Below, piece after piece: positions 19,252 through 28,266 of a DNA stretch of 64,000 nucleotides. The stretch is from Nitrospira sp. (GTDB taxonomy: Bacteria > Nitrospirota > Nitrospiria > Nitrospirales > Nitrospiraceae): positions 3,200,001-3,264,000 of the forward strand of contig AP038806.1 in assembly GCA_047150005.1 (NCBI GenBank). Reading direction: 5' to 3'. Below the pieces are notes generated by a model, which was not told the DNA's origin, did no database searches, and saw only the letters and a list, made by a program, of their open reading frames with translations. A program made the translations under genes and the position numbers. Position 1 is the stretch's first letter. Every line of letters starts with the position of its first letter.

Positions 19252-20657
19252 TGTCCACCCACTTTAGAAATGTCCGCTTCCTGCCACAATAGAAATGTCC
19301 GGTTCATCGGATTGCCTCTTGGGGCCGCCTCTGCGCGACGGTGCCGAACCGATTCCACGGGTGCGTCGCTGGCGGCTTGACTAATGGTCGGGGTCGTCGA
19401 GTCGGCCTCAGCGGGGCGACCGTGCGAGGCTGGGGGCGGATGGGCTGATAGGTCAACGGGCGGTCCTGATGCAGCATGCGCAGTGTCCCATCCACCCGCT
19501 CTTCCACGACGACATGCGTGGCGTGCACCCGGCTCTGAATTTGGTAGAGTTGGCCGCCATGCCTCACCGTCCGATCGCGGCGCAGCACCCGCCGGGTCTT
19601 CAGGGCGAGCAGGGCCCGCACCTCGGTCCCGGCCGACAGCGGCCGATGCAGATCGGTGGTGTGCGCCGGCGAGACCGCAAAGCGCCGATTGTACCGGACC
19701 AGCCACGCCGGTAAGAAGCGATTCGCCTCGGCCAGGGTCGCGATGCCCGCCAACCGCATCTCTTTCACGAGCCGATCTTGCAGCGTGTGAAAGAGCCGTT
19801 CGATACGGCCCTTGGCCTGTGGCGAGTGGGCCGGGATTAGCTCGACGCCCAGCTCCGCCAACGCCCGCCCAAACTGACTCCTGGGTGCGCCGCCGGTGAG
19901 TTGCTCCTCCACGGTCGGTTCGGCTGGCGAGCGATAGGTCGTATGTTTATCGGCATAGATGGCGAGCGGAATTCCGTACTGCTTGACGTACCGCTGAAAG
20001 CTGTCGAGGGCCGGCATCGTCCCTTCATATTCATAGAAGCGGGCATACACCCGGCTGCTTGCATCGTCGATGTAGGCCATCAGCACACAGCGCGGACCGC
20101 GCCCCTCGAACCAATCATGATGGGAGCCATCCAACTGCACCAGTTCGCCGCGGTGTGTGCGGCGGGCTCGCCAGGCGCGGTGGGGCCGCGGGCGCCGCCG
20201 GAAATGGTCGATCCCGTCCGCGCGTAACCACCGCCGCCGGGTCTCCTCGCTGAGCAGGAGGCTATGGTGAGCGGCCAACTGCTCCACGGCTAACGTCGGC
20301 CCGAAATCCCCATAGTGGCGCGTGTAGAGCTGGAGGACCTGTCGTTTAAAGGCGGCCGGTTTCCGCCGGTTCGAGGGCTGGCCCCGGCTCCGATGCGCGA
20401 GCCCGCTGTCGCCTTCGGCTTGCAGCCGGTGGCTGAGGCGGCGAATCTGCCGCGTCGTGACTCCCAGCGTCTCACCGGCCTGCTGTTGCGTGAGCTGCTT
20501 TGCAAGGACTTGGCGAATCACATGGACCCGCCGCAGTTCGCTCTCCCTCATGACAATGCGGTCCTCTCTGACCATCCCGCCCTCCTGGTGAGAGCCGGCA
20601 GTCTATAGCGGACATTTCTACTGTGGGAGAAGCGGACATTATCATTGTGGGATTACA
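19252..20657 (-). mobile_element. IS1202-family (formerly ISNCY) insertion sequence, 1406 bp
   Basis: TGT...ACA termini, imperfect inverted repeats of about 50 bp each carrying two AATGTCCG-containing sub-repeats, 16-bp direct repeats, single DDE transposase. Confidence 0.92.
19304..20575 (-). CDS. IS1202-family DDE transposase
   Basis: N-terminal HTH, GELVQLDGSHHDWFEGRG, IYADKH, SPQAKGRIERLFHTLQDRL; intact 423-aa ORF with AGGAGG RBS. Confidence 0.93.
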   Translation of the reverse strand: MVREDRIVMRESELRRVHVIRQVLAKQLTQQQAGETLGVTTRQIRRLSHRLQAEGDSGLAHRSRGQPSNRRKPAAFKRQVLQLYTRHYGDFGPTLAVEQLAAHHSLLLSEETRRRWLRADGIDHFRRRPRPHRAWRARRTHRGELVQLDGSHHDWFEGRGPRCVLMAYIDDASSRVYARFYEYEGTMPALDSFQRYVKQYGIPLAIYADKHTTYRSPAEPTVEEQLTGGAPRSQFGRALAELGVELIPAHSPQAKGRIERLFHTLQDRLVKEMRLAGIATLAEANRFLPAWLVRYNRRFAVSPAHTTDLHRPLSAGTEVRALLALKTRRVLRRDRTVRHGGQLYQIQSRVHATHVVVEERVDGTLRMLHQDRPLTYQPIRPQPRTVAPLRPTRRPRPLVKPPATHPWNRFGTVAQRRPQEAIR

Positions 20658-21445
20658 TGGTTCGATGGTCGACAGCTGGCTGATCTTATGGATATGCAGA
20701 CGATGACGGTCACGTTGTCCTCACCTCCCCGGTCGAGCGCCTCGTCGATGAGCGCGTCGCAGATCCGTGAAGGGTCTGCTTCGACATCGGAAAGGCGGGC
20801 GGCAATCTCGCGGTCGTCCAACATTTTGGTCAGACCGTCGGTGCAAAGCAGCAACCGATCTTCCGGCTCGATCCGCACCGTCGTTCTCGTCGGCGCGACG
20901 CGTCGCTCGATGCCGAGGGCTTCTGTGAGGACGTGCCGTTCCGGATGGGTCTTGCTCTGGGCTTCGCTGATCAGCCCGCTGCGAAGATATTTCTCGACCA
21001 AGGTATGGTCGCGCGTCAACTGACGCAGCGTCCCGGCGCGGTAAAGGTAGGCACGACTGTCGCCGAGATGGGCGATGTGGGCCACCGGCGCCGGCGCCGT
21101 GGTGATCGCCATCGCCACGATCGTGGTGCCCATGCCTGTGAGTGCCGGCTGAGCCTGAGCGTGTTCGTAGATCCCCCGGTTCGCGGCGATGAGCCATTCG
21201 CTCAACAGACGGGAAGGGTCGTCGGTCATCCGGTGCGTGAGGTGAAAACAGCGTTCGGCATCCTGTACAACCGATGCGACGGCCATGCGTGCCGCCACGT
21301 CACCGGCAGGGTGTCCGCCCATTCCGTCTGCGACCAACCACACCATCCGTTCGTTCAGGACGGCGAACGCATCTTGATTGGTCGAACGGACTCGTCCGGT
21401 TTCTGTCCGACCTGTGCCGACCCAATGATGATCCGGCGGATTCAC
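20642..21445 (-). CDS. PP2C-family Ser/Thr protein phosphatase (Stp1/PrpC type)
   Basis: NQDA, VADGMGGH, HLGDSRAY, LCTDGL, GGEDNVT; the present stop codon lies inside the IS end. Confidence 0.95.
   Translation of the reverse strand: MNPPDHHWVGTGRTETGRVRSTNQDAFAVLNERMVWLVADGMGGHPAGDVAARMAVASVVQDAERCFHLTHRMTDDPSRLLSEWLIAANRGIYEHAQAQPALTGMGTTIVAMAITTAPAPVAHIAHLGDSRAYLYRAGTLRQLTRDHTLVEKYLRSGLISEAQSKTHPERHVLTEALGIERRVAPTRTTVRIEPEDRLLLCTDGLTKMLDDREIAARLSDVEADPSRICDALIDEALDRGGEDNVTVIVCISIRSASCRPSNHVIPQ
20658..20673. repeat. Right 16-bp target-site duplication
   Basis: TGGTTCGATGGTCGAC, identical to 19236-19251. Confidence 0.95.
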
Positions 21446-22248
21446 GAATCCTCTGATCGGTCCCTTGGACCGCGCCCGCCGGTGCCCGCGACCGAGCGCG
21501 GACCGTAGCGGGCCGCCAAACCCTCGAAGATCCAGTGGGCCAGCGGCTCCAGGTTTTGCGTGTCGGCCGCGTTGTACTTGAGCAGCAAGCTCAAGGCCGA
21601 CTCGCTGCCGCTACGCCATTGTTCCCATAGCCGAACGGCATCCCACCCGTCCAGGCCGACAAGATCGTGGTCACGGTGGATATGCACTTCGCGTTCGATG
21701 CGCTTGAGGCCGCCCCGTAACCCCAGCCTCCGCGCAGCCGGGCACAGATCGAAGTGCGGTTTTCGGAAGTCGAGTCTCGGAAAGGTCGCTTGCAAATAGG
21801 GAATGTCGAAGCCGCTGCCGAAGAATGTGACCAACAGGTCGGTGTGTGCCAGTTCTCCCTGCAGACGATCCTCCGTCAGGCTGTCGCCGTGCACGAGACT
21901 GCTCATCCGGCCGTTTCGGTAGAGGCCGACGATGGTCACATGCCCGGAGCCGTGGGGCAATCCGGTGGTTTCGATGTCGAGATAGAGAGTCCGGTGCCGA
22001 AATGTCTCGAACAGGCGCCAATGATCGTGGCGTTTCAGGGCTGTCGCGAAGAAGTCCGCCCGTCCCGTTTCCAGGTGCGACATGGCCTCGGTAAGGTCGC
22101 GATCATACCAGGCTTTCCTTGCCGGAGAGATGCTGGAGACGGCCGGTCGCTTCAAGAACTCGGACCAATCGCCGATTCCGTCCCGCCAGAACCGCTGCTC
22201 GGTGCTGGGTCCGACGCCTTTGAGCAGCACGAACGTCGAGGTGAGCAT
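21442..22248 (-). CDS. RNase H-like (YprB/DEDD-type) exonuclease domain protein
   Basis: YLDIETTG, FDIPYL, HFDL, GLKRIE, YNAADT. Confidence 0.85.
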   Translation of the reverse strand: MLTSTFVLLKGVGPSTEQRFWRDGIGDWSEFLKRPAVSSISPARKAWYDRDLTEAMSHLETGRADFFATALKRHDHWRLFETFRHRTLYLDIETTGLPHGSGHVTIVGLYRNGRMSSLVHGDSLTEDRLQGELAHTDLLVTFFGSGFDIPYLQATFPRLDFRKPHFDLCPAARRLGLRGGLKRIEREVHIHRDHDLVGLDGWDAVRLWEQWRSGSESALSLLLKYNAADTQNLEPLAHWIFEGLAARYGPRSVAGTGGRGPRDRSEDS

Positions 22249-22347
22249 GCGGCGCGCATTGTAGCCTTGATTTCACCTGATAAACAAGCTAGAGTCCGCG
22301 ATAGATGCGGCTTTTCATGCGGACCGCTTGACGTCGCCCGGTCGGAA

Positions 22348-22737
22348 ATGACGCCTGAACCACCGAAGAAAATTCGCATCACCGTCGGACCGGTTCAGGT
22401 CGAGGCGGAGCTGAAACCCACCAGAACGGCGCGGGAGGTCTATGCGGCGTTGCCGGTCGAAACCTCCGTCAACGTCTGGGGAGAGGAGTTTCATTTCAAG
22501 CTCGGGGGCGTCAAGGATCATCGCGAGACTGCGACGACGCAGCTCAAGGTGGGTGATGTCGCGTTCTGGGGGGCGGGGCAGGTCCTGGCGGTGTTCTTCG
22601 GGCGCACCCCCATGAGTATGGGATCGGATCCTGTCCCTGCGGACCGTGTCAACGTCATCGGCAGGATCGTGGGGGACGCGACGGTCTTGCGGCGTGTCAT
22701 AGAGGAGGCTCGGACCATCAGAGTGGAGCAACTCTAA
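22348..22737 (+). CDS. Cyclophilin-like fold protein (DUF369 type)
   Basis: LPVE...WGEEFHF, GDVAFW, FFGRTPMS...PADRVNVIG; ATG 22348. Confidence 0.75.
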   Translation: MTPEPPKKIRITVGPVQVEAELKPTRTAREVYAALPVETSVNVWGEEFHFKLGGVKDHRETATTQLKVGDVAFWGAGQVLAVFFGRTPMSMGSDPVPADRVNVIGRIVGDATVLRRVIEEARTIRVEQL

Positions 22738-22740
22738 CCG

Positions 22741-23022
22741 ATGCGTCTGTCGAAAGAGCGGATTAGGCACATGGCCGAGTCGTTGGCGGTTCGGCTCGAA
22801 ACCGAGGGTCATATTGTGCTGCATGCCCCTCGCAAATCGTTTGCAGAGTCGCTTGAAACGGTCATCACCGATGAATTGTCGATTGAGGACCGATTGAACG
22901 CCGAAGTCCGGCAGATGCTGAAGGCCCATGAACAGGAGATCGAGCGAGGCCGCGTGGATTACCAGAAGATGTTCACCCTGCTCAAACAGAAGCTGGTCCG
23001 GGAGCGAGGCATCGTCCTGTGA
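22741..23022 (+). CDS. DUF507 family protein
   Basis: MRLSKERI...E-RLNAEVRQML...VDYQKMF..KQKLVRERGIVL pattern. Confidence 0.75.
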   Translation: MRLSKERIRHMAESLAVRLETEGHIVLHAPRKSFAESLETVITDELSIEDRLNAEVRQMLKAHEQEIERGRVDYQKMFTLLKQKLVRERGIVL

Positions 23023-23076
23023 CGGGATGACCGAGACTCGCTTCTCGGTCGGCGACATCGCGAAGGCGGACGCTGC

Positions 23077-23352
23077 ATGTTGAGCGACGACAAGGTCAAC
23101 CATCTCTCGCACGTGATTCTGCAGGCCGTCAAGAAGAGTCCCCTGGTTGCCGTGGTGGCCGACGACGGACGGGTCTTGAAACAGATCAAGCGGATCTTGG
23201 CCGCCGAACTCGAAGCCGAAGTCGACATCGACAGGAAAATACGGGCCAAGCTGACGTCCTATTCCAGGGGTATTGTTGAAGGAAGCCCGGAGTGGGACGT
23301 GCTGTATCGAAAGACCTTCGAAGAAGAAACACAGAAATATGCGAAGGGATAA
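23077..23352 (+). CDS. DUF507 family protein (second paralog)
   Basis: MLSDDKVNHLSH...EGSPEWDVLYRKTFEEE pattern. Confidence 0.7.
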   Translation: MLSDDKVNHLSHVILQAVKKSPLVAVVADDGRVLKQIKRILAAELEAEVDIDRKIRAKLTSYSRGIVEGSPEWDVLYRKTFEEETQKYAKG

Positions 23353-23359
23353 ACCGCAC

Positions 23360-23815
23360 ATGGAACCGAAACACAGAGTCAACGGTCTGATAATCTGCCT
23401 GGCCATGGTGAGCTTGGTCGGTATGATCGCCTGCTCGACATCCAAGCCAAAACCGTTGGTCCCCCTGGCATTGGAGACCGGGGCGGCGCCGCAAGCCGTC
23501 ACGCTGACCGGACAGGGTGCACAGGCGTATCAAGGCAGACAATTCGAAGAGGCGAAGGCGTATTTCTCCCAGGCGGTTACGGCGGCACCACAGTCCGGTC
23601 CCGCTCACTATAATTATGCGATTGTGCTCTATGCGCTGGGGGATTCTGAGCAGGCCAGAAAGCATTTTATGGAAGCGGCGAACCTGGCTCCCGGCGACAA
23701 AGTGATCTGGGATTCGCCGGCGCTGCATCAGTTCGGAAATCCCGAATCGCCGAAGGCTGTCAAAGAGCATCAGACCACCACCAGCCGTCCCACGTTCGGC
23801 GGCGGACCGCGCTGA
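23360..23815 (+). CDS. TPR-containing lipoprotein
   Basis: Hydrophobic leader with MIAC lipobox, TPR helices (AHYNYAIVLYALGDSEQA). Confidence 0.75.
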   Translation: MEPKHRVNGLIICLAMVSLVGMIACSTSKPKPLVPLALETGAAPQAVTLTGQGAQAYQGRQFEEAKAYFSQAVTAAPQSGPAHYNYAIVLYALGDSEQARKHFMEAANLAPGDKVIWDSPALHQFGNPESPKAVKEHQTTTSRPTFGGGPR

Positions 23816-23858
23816 CGGCCGGGAGTGATCATTTCGTTCTGAAGGAGGAGCCGGGATC

Positions 23859-24326
23859 ATGGGGAGCACATTGGAAGTCGGGGACAAGGCGCCGGAGTTT
23901 TCTCTGCCGGACCAGCACGGCAAGACGGTTGCGCTGAAGAGTTTTAAGGGGAAGCAAGTCGTGCTGTACTTCTACCCGAAGGACGATACGCCCGGTTGCA
24001 CCAAGGAATCGTGCGATTTTCGCGATATCGAATCGCAGATCGTCCGGGCCGGGGCAGCGATCGTCGGTGTGAGTATGGACGGACAGGATTCTCACCAGAA
24101 ATTCATCAAGAAGTACGGTCTGCCGTTTCCGTTGTTGAGCGACGAAGACGCGGCGATTTCGAAGAGTTACGGCGTGTACAAGGAAAAGAACATGTACGGC
24201 AGGAAGTATTGGGGGATCGAGCGGAGCACGTTCGTGATCGATCCCGCCGGCAAGCTCAAAGCCGTCTTCCGGAAAGTCAAGGTGGACGGACACGCGGACG
24301 AAGTCCTCACGGCACTCAAGTCCTGA
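23859..24326 (+). CDS. bcp: Peroxiredoxin Q / BCP thiol peroxidase
   Basis: YFYPKDDTPGCTKESC, IERSTFVID. Confidence 0.95.
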   Translation: MGSTLEVGDKAPEFSLPDQHGKTVALKSFKGKQVVLYFYPKDDTPGCTKESCDFRDIESQIVRAGAAIVGVSMDGQDSHQKFIKKYGLPFPLLSDEDAAISKSYGVYKEKNMYGRKYWGIERSTFVIDPAGKLKAVFRKVKVDGHADEVLTALKS

Positions 24327-24339
24327 CCTTTTCCTGAAC

Positions 24340-25170
24340 ATGGTCGCGCGTCGCGTATGGCCTTCGGCGGTTCTTCCAAGGGTCGTGATGCTGTTGTGTC
24401 TCGCGATCCTTCCATCGGATTTCAGTCTGGCCGGGGCTGTCCCGAGCACGAGCCTGTTCGCGCACGACGTGCTGGTCTCTCCAAGGCAACCTGCCGTGAT
24501 CGACGCCGGGCTGACGGTGGAGCGGCGAGGAAAGCGGCTGCCGGCCGCTGGCGCTTCTCTTGAGCTCGTGCAGGACACGCAGGTTCTGGCGACGGCCGTC
24601 ACGGACGAGCGCGGGATGGCCGCGTTGCGGTTTGTTCCGACCCGGAGAGGAATCCAGCAACTGGTCGTTCGCACAGTCTCAGGATCGGGAGTGACGGCCA
24701 CAGCCGCCGCGACCGCCGCGGTCTGGGAGCGGCGGATGCCGATCTTGACGGTCGAAGTCGCCGCCTTGCATGATCCCGCTTCTGGCGAGCCGCTCCCCGA
24801 CGCCGCGGACGAACTCCGAAAGGTGACCCAATTCTATTACAACGTCGTGTATGTCACGGCCGAACCGGGCGATGCCGGACGGAAGCTCGCCGCCAGCGAT
24901 CGCACGCGACAGTGGCTGGCCGAGCACGGGTTTCCCGTCGGCTATGTGCTCGTGTCGGCGTCCTCCGAGGCGTTTGGATCGAAATTGGACGAGTTGCGCT
25001 CGGCCGGATGGACGACCATCAAGATCGGCATCGGGCGCACCAAGGAGTTTGCCGACGTGTTCGTGCAGCGGCGTTTGGATGCGGTGCTGGTTCCGGAGCC
25101 GGCGAAGGGAGAGGCGCCGCGTAAGGCCAAAGTGGCCAAGACTTGGAAGGACGTGCGAAAAAAATTGTAA
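24340..25170 (+). CDS. Exported hypothetical protein with a degenerate HAD/LNS2-like C-terminal domain
   Basis: Signal-like leader, PLPDAADEL...VVYVTA...RTRQWLAEHGFPVG; no DxD motif. Confidence 0.55.
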   Translation: MVARRVWPSAVLPRVVMLLCLAILPSDFSLAGAVPSTSLFAHDVLVSPRQPAVIDAGLTVERRGKRLPAAGASLELVQDTQVLATAVTDERGMAALRFVPTRRGIQQLVVRTVSGSGVTATAAATAAVWERRMPILTVEVAALHDPASGEPLPDAADELRKVTQFYYNVVYVTAEPGDAGRKLAASDRTRQWLAEHGFPVGYVLVSASSEAFGSKLDELRSAGWTTIKIGIGRTKEFADVFVQRRLDAVLVPEPAKGEAPRKAKVAKTWKDVRKKL

Positions 25171-25197
25171 GGGAGCCGGACCCGAGCGCCGGCGTGC

Positions 25198-25740
25198 TCA
25201 CCATTTGCCGAGCCACTGGCGGGTTCCGGCGTAGTACGCGAAGACCGCCACGCCAAGGACCACCACGGCCTGAACGAGATGCTGCACGTGGATGTCCGGT
25301 GCGATCCAGCGGGTGAGGTAGAGCAAACCCGCAGCCACCACGGTGACGCCCAACGTCGTGCGTCTGGGACAAGGACGAAGGCGACGTCCTTCGTAGGCCA
25401 GGATCACCCAGACCACCATCCACCCGAGCGCGCCGATGATCAGGGCTCCGGCCATGTCGGTCAGACTGAGCAACATGCTGTCGGTCAGCAGATTGAAGGT
25501 CTTCCGCGTCTTGAGTTCGGGACGGATCCTGCTCCACTCGCCGAAGATGAGCAGGAACCACACGACGAAGACGCCGAGTAAAAACCCCTCTTTGGACATG
25601 CCGTAGTCCGAGCCGCCGCGGCCGCCTCCGCCTGGGGAGCGTGTCCGTCTCTGCATCTGCGGCACGAGGTCATACCCACACTCGCAGGTATAGTTCGTGT
25701 CGGGATTGGTCAGCAGGCAGCGTGGGCATTCGATCGGCAT
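25198..25740 (-). CDS. Membrane protein with N-terminal zinc ribbon
   Basis: CPRC-x9-CECG followed by about 4 TM segments. Confidence 0.65.
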   Translation of the reverse strand: MPIECPRCLLTNPDTNYTCECGYDLVPQMQRRTRSPGGGGRGGSDYGMSKEGFLLGVFVVWFLLIFGEWSRIRPELKTRKTFNLLTDSMLLSLTDMAGALIIGALGWMVVWVILAYEGRRLRPCPRRTTLGVTVVAAGLLYLTRWIAPDIHVQHLVQAVVVLGVAVFAYYAGTRQWLGKW

Positions 25741-25794
25741 GTTGGGACGTACCGTCCTGTGATGGTATCCTGTGTTTTGTAGCTGAAGAAAGGG

Positions 25795-26211
25795 ATGATG
25801 TCCATGATTTCAGGGTCTCGGCCGGCGCCGTTCTTGTTTCTCGGAAGTCTTGCCGCCGGACTCGCGGTCGCAGCCGGCGCATTCGGGTCCCATTTGCTGA
25901 AAGGCATGTTGGACGCTTCCATGTTGGCCGTCTTCGAAACGGCCGTTCGCTATCACATGTATCATGCGCTGGGACTCTGTGTGGTGGCATGGGCCGGCCG
26001 GCAAGAGCACGCGAAGTATTGTTCCGCCGCCGGCTGGTGCTTTGTCTCGGGGATCGTCTTGTTCTCAGGAAGCTTGTACGGCATCGCGCTGACCGGCACC
26101 CGCTGGCTGGGAGCGCTGACTCCCGTGGGAGGGACGGCTTTTCTCGTCGGCTGGACCTTGCTGGTCCGGCATGCCTGGCAAGAGATCATGCGGCCTCCCG
26201 GAAGAGACTAG
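25795..26211 (+). CDS. DUF423 (YgdD/TMEM256) family membrane protein
   Basis: GAFGSH, FETAVRYHMYHAL, FSGSLY, TPVGG. Confidence 0.9.
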   Translation: MMSMISGSRPAPFLFLGSLAAGLAVAAGAFGSHLLKGMLDASMLAVFETAVRYHMYHALGLCVVAWAGRQEHAKYCSAAGWCFVSGIVLFSGSLYGIALTGTRWLGALTPVGGTAFLVGWTLLVRHAWQEIMRPPGRD

Positions 26212-26222
26212 GCCGGCGAGGT

Positions 26223-27224
26223 TCAGGGTGAGCAGCCGGAGGTCCGCTTCCCGCTGATCGAGCCCCATCCCCCTTGAGAATTCACGAAGGTACCCTCCAG
26301 ACGCTGGGCTTCCTTGGTAAACAGGAGGCTGTCTTCTTGAACCCTTCCATCGATTTCCCACCGAAGATAGACGGCATCCCCGAGGACGATCGTTTCCGCG
26401 AGACCGACGATGCCTGTTCCGTCTTTTCCCGGGGGAGGAAACAAGAGCGAGTGTTTCTGCTCCTGGTGATGTTGTTGGTGATTGTGAATCACCCACTGCC
26501 ATGTCCCGCAGAGGCGAGTCTGGCCGCGTAGCGTGCGGACCCGTTCCTTCCAGGATTTCAACCGCCACCATTCGGACAGGGCCTGCTGACTGGCCTCCAA
26601 GGCGGTCTGGCCTGCGGCCAATGCCAACTCCGTCCGATCAGGGAGCGGGGCGGCAGCCGGTGATAGGTCCTGGCCGGGGCTCGGGACGGCCGACCACATC
26701 CGCGCCAAGGACGGGAACGAGCCGTTGGCCTTCAACCATTCGATCCGCTGGGCCGACGGATCCGGTAGAGCGGGAATCGAATCGCCGGCTTGCTGCATGG
26801 ACTTGGTGACGTGCTCGGCCAGGTGCCAGACTGCCAGTGCAGCCACGAGCCGCTGCGCAGATTGAGTGATCTCTCCGACCAGCAGTTCTTTGGACATCTT
26901 GGCCGGGAGGGCTTTGGCGCCGATGGTGGCGGCGGTCTCTGACAGACTAACGGCGGCGCCGACGGTCGTGACGAAGGTCTCCTTCGCCGACTGGTCCGAA
27001 TCCACCGCCGCCAGCTTGTCGCCATGCGTCTCGAGGATTCGTGACCAGTCCGGAAAACCGGACGGCCGAGAGTCGGTCGCTCCCGCGCCGGCGTTCCCGA
27101 TCGGGCCGAGCAGACTCAGGGCCGAGCACATGAAGATAATCAGCGCACGGACGACCACTCGTCCGGTGCAATAGGACTGGTTCAATGTGTCACACGACAG
27201 ATCCAAGAGAAATCCGGCTGTCAC
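26223..27224 (-). CDS. Hypothetical exported protein
   Basis: Long ORF with hydrophobic leader; true start probably downstream of 27224. Confidence 0.6.
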   Translation of the reverse strand: MTAGFLLDLSCDTLNQSYCTGRVVVRALIIFMCSALSLLGPIGNAGAGATDSRPSGFPDWSRILETHGDKLAAVDSDQSAKETFVTTVGAAVSLSETAATIGAKALPAKMSKELLVGEITQSAQRLVAALAVWHLAEHVTKSMQQAGDSIPALPDPSAQRIEWLKANGSFPSLARMWSAVPSPGQDLSPAAAPLPDRTELALAAGQTALEASQQALSEWWRLKSWKERVRTLRGQTRLCGTWQWVIHNHQQHHQEQKHSLLFPPPGKDGTGIVGLAETIVLGDAVYLRWEIDGRVQEDSLLFTKEAQRLEGTFVNSQGGWGSISGKRTSGCSP

Positions 27225-27244
27225 CGAGCGGATCGGAACCGGTC

Positions 27245-28045
27245 CTATGTTCCTTGAAAACAGGTCTTCAGAAACGAGGCGGTGGCGTCCCAGGCTTCAG
27301 CGGTTGCTTCGGCGTGATACGTTTCGGGACGCGTCTCGTTACTGAAGGCATGAGCGGTACCGGGATAGGTGCGGATCTCCACGCGTTTTCGATGCTCTTG
27401 CGCGGAGGCGTTGAGCCGTTCGATGTCCTGCTGTGACACCCACGCATCCTTCTCGCCCCGATGATACAGGAGCGGACAATACAGGTCCTTCAGCACCGAA
27501 TCGGACTGCGGGATCCGCCCGTAATAAGACACGGCGGCTCTGAGTCGCTTCCTCTGGCACGCGAACCGCAGCGCGAAGGTTCCCCCCATGCCGAATCCCA
27601 CAACGCCGTGGATGTTCCGCTTGATATAGTCCCGCGTGTTCAAGTATTCGCAGCAGGAGTTGATGTCCTGCAGGATCAACGAATCATTCAATTTGCCCAT
27701 GAGGGCATCGGCGACGTCTGCATTGGCGGTGACTGTCCCTCCCAGGCGGCCGTACAGGTTCGGAATGATGACGCCGTATCCCTCGCAGGCTAACCTGGCA
27801 CCCAGGTCCTTGATTTGAGAGTTCAAACCCCACCATTCGTGGAGCAAGACAATTCCAGGGTAGGCCCCCTTCTCCTGAGGCCAAAACTGGATGCATTCGA
27901 CATGAACATCCTTGGTCGTCCTGGTGCGGATGTATGGGTCGACCGATGCATCAGTGCTGGTGGGAATGGCCACTCCGCTGGGAAACCGGGAGGTACCGGT
28001 TCCGATCTGTTGCAAGGTGAACGGGGCTGAAGCTGATGTCATCAC
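27245..28045 (-). CDS. Dienelactone hydrolase family protein (nucleophile Cys absent)
   Basis: HEWWGLN, GFGMGG, SYYG, YPGTAHAF. Confidence 0.88.
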   Translation of the reverse strand: MMTSASAPFTLQQIGTGTSRFPSGVAIPTSTDASVDPYIRTRTTKDVHVECIQFWPQEKGAYPGIVLLHEWWGLNSQIKDLGARLACEGYGVIIPNLYGRLGGTVTANADVADALMGKLNDSLILQDINSCCEYLNTRDYIKRNIHGVVGFGMGGTFALRFACQRKRLRAAVSYYGRIPQSDSVLKDLYCPLLYHRGEKDAWVSQQDIERLNASAQEHRKRVEIRTYPGTAHAFSNETRPETYHAEATAEAWDATASFLKTCFQGT

Positions 28046-28266
28046 GGCGCGCCCTTCTTGTTCAAACTGGTGGTCCCAGAGGCCGTCATGCGGCCGAAAA
28101 CGTACTATAGGGACCGGTCTGCCGGCTTGTCAATCGACCTTGCCGGAGCGCGGCGGCGTGCATCGGCCTGATGCATCCGGCCCGGTCCGAGCGTGCATGG
28201 GTTCAACTGGTAGCTTTGGAATTCGTGCAATTGATCTTGCCCCGCGGCGCGCGTAGAGTCTGATCC

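Noticed and set aside
21754..22347. N-terminal extension of the cyclophilin-like ORF
   Set aside because: Overlaps the RNase H-like gene on the opposite strand; the domain starts at ATG 22348
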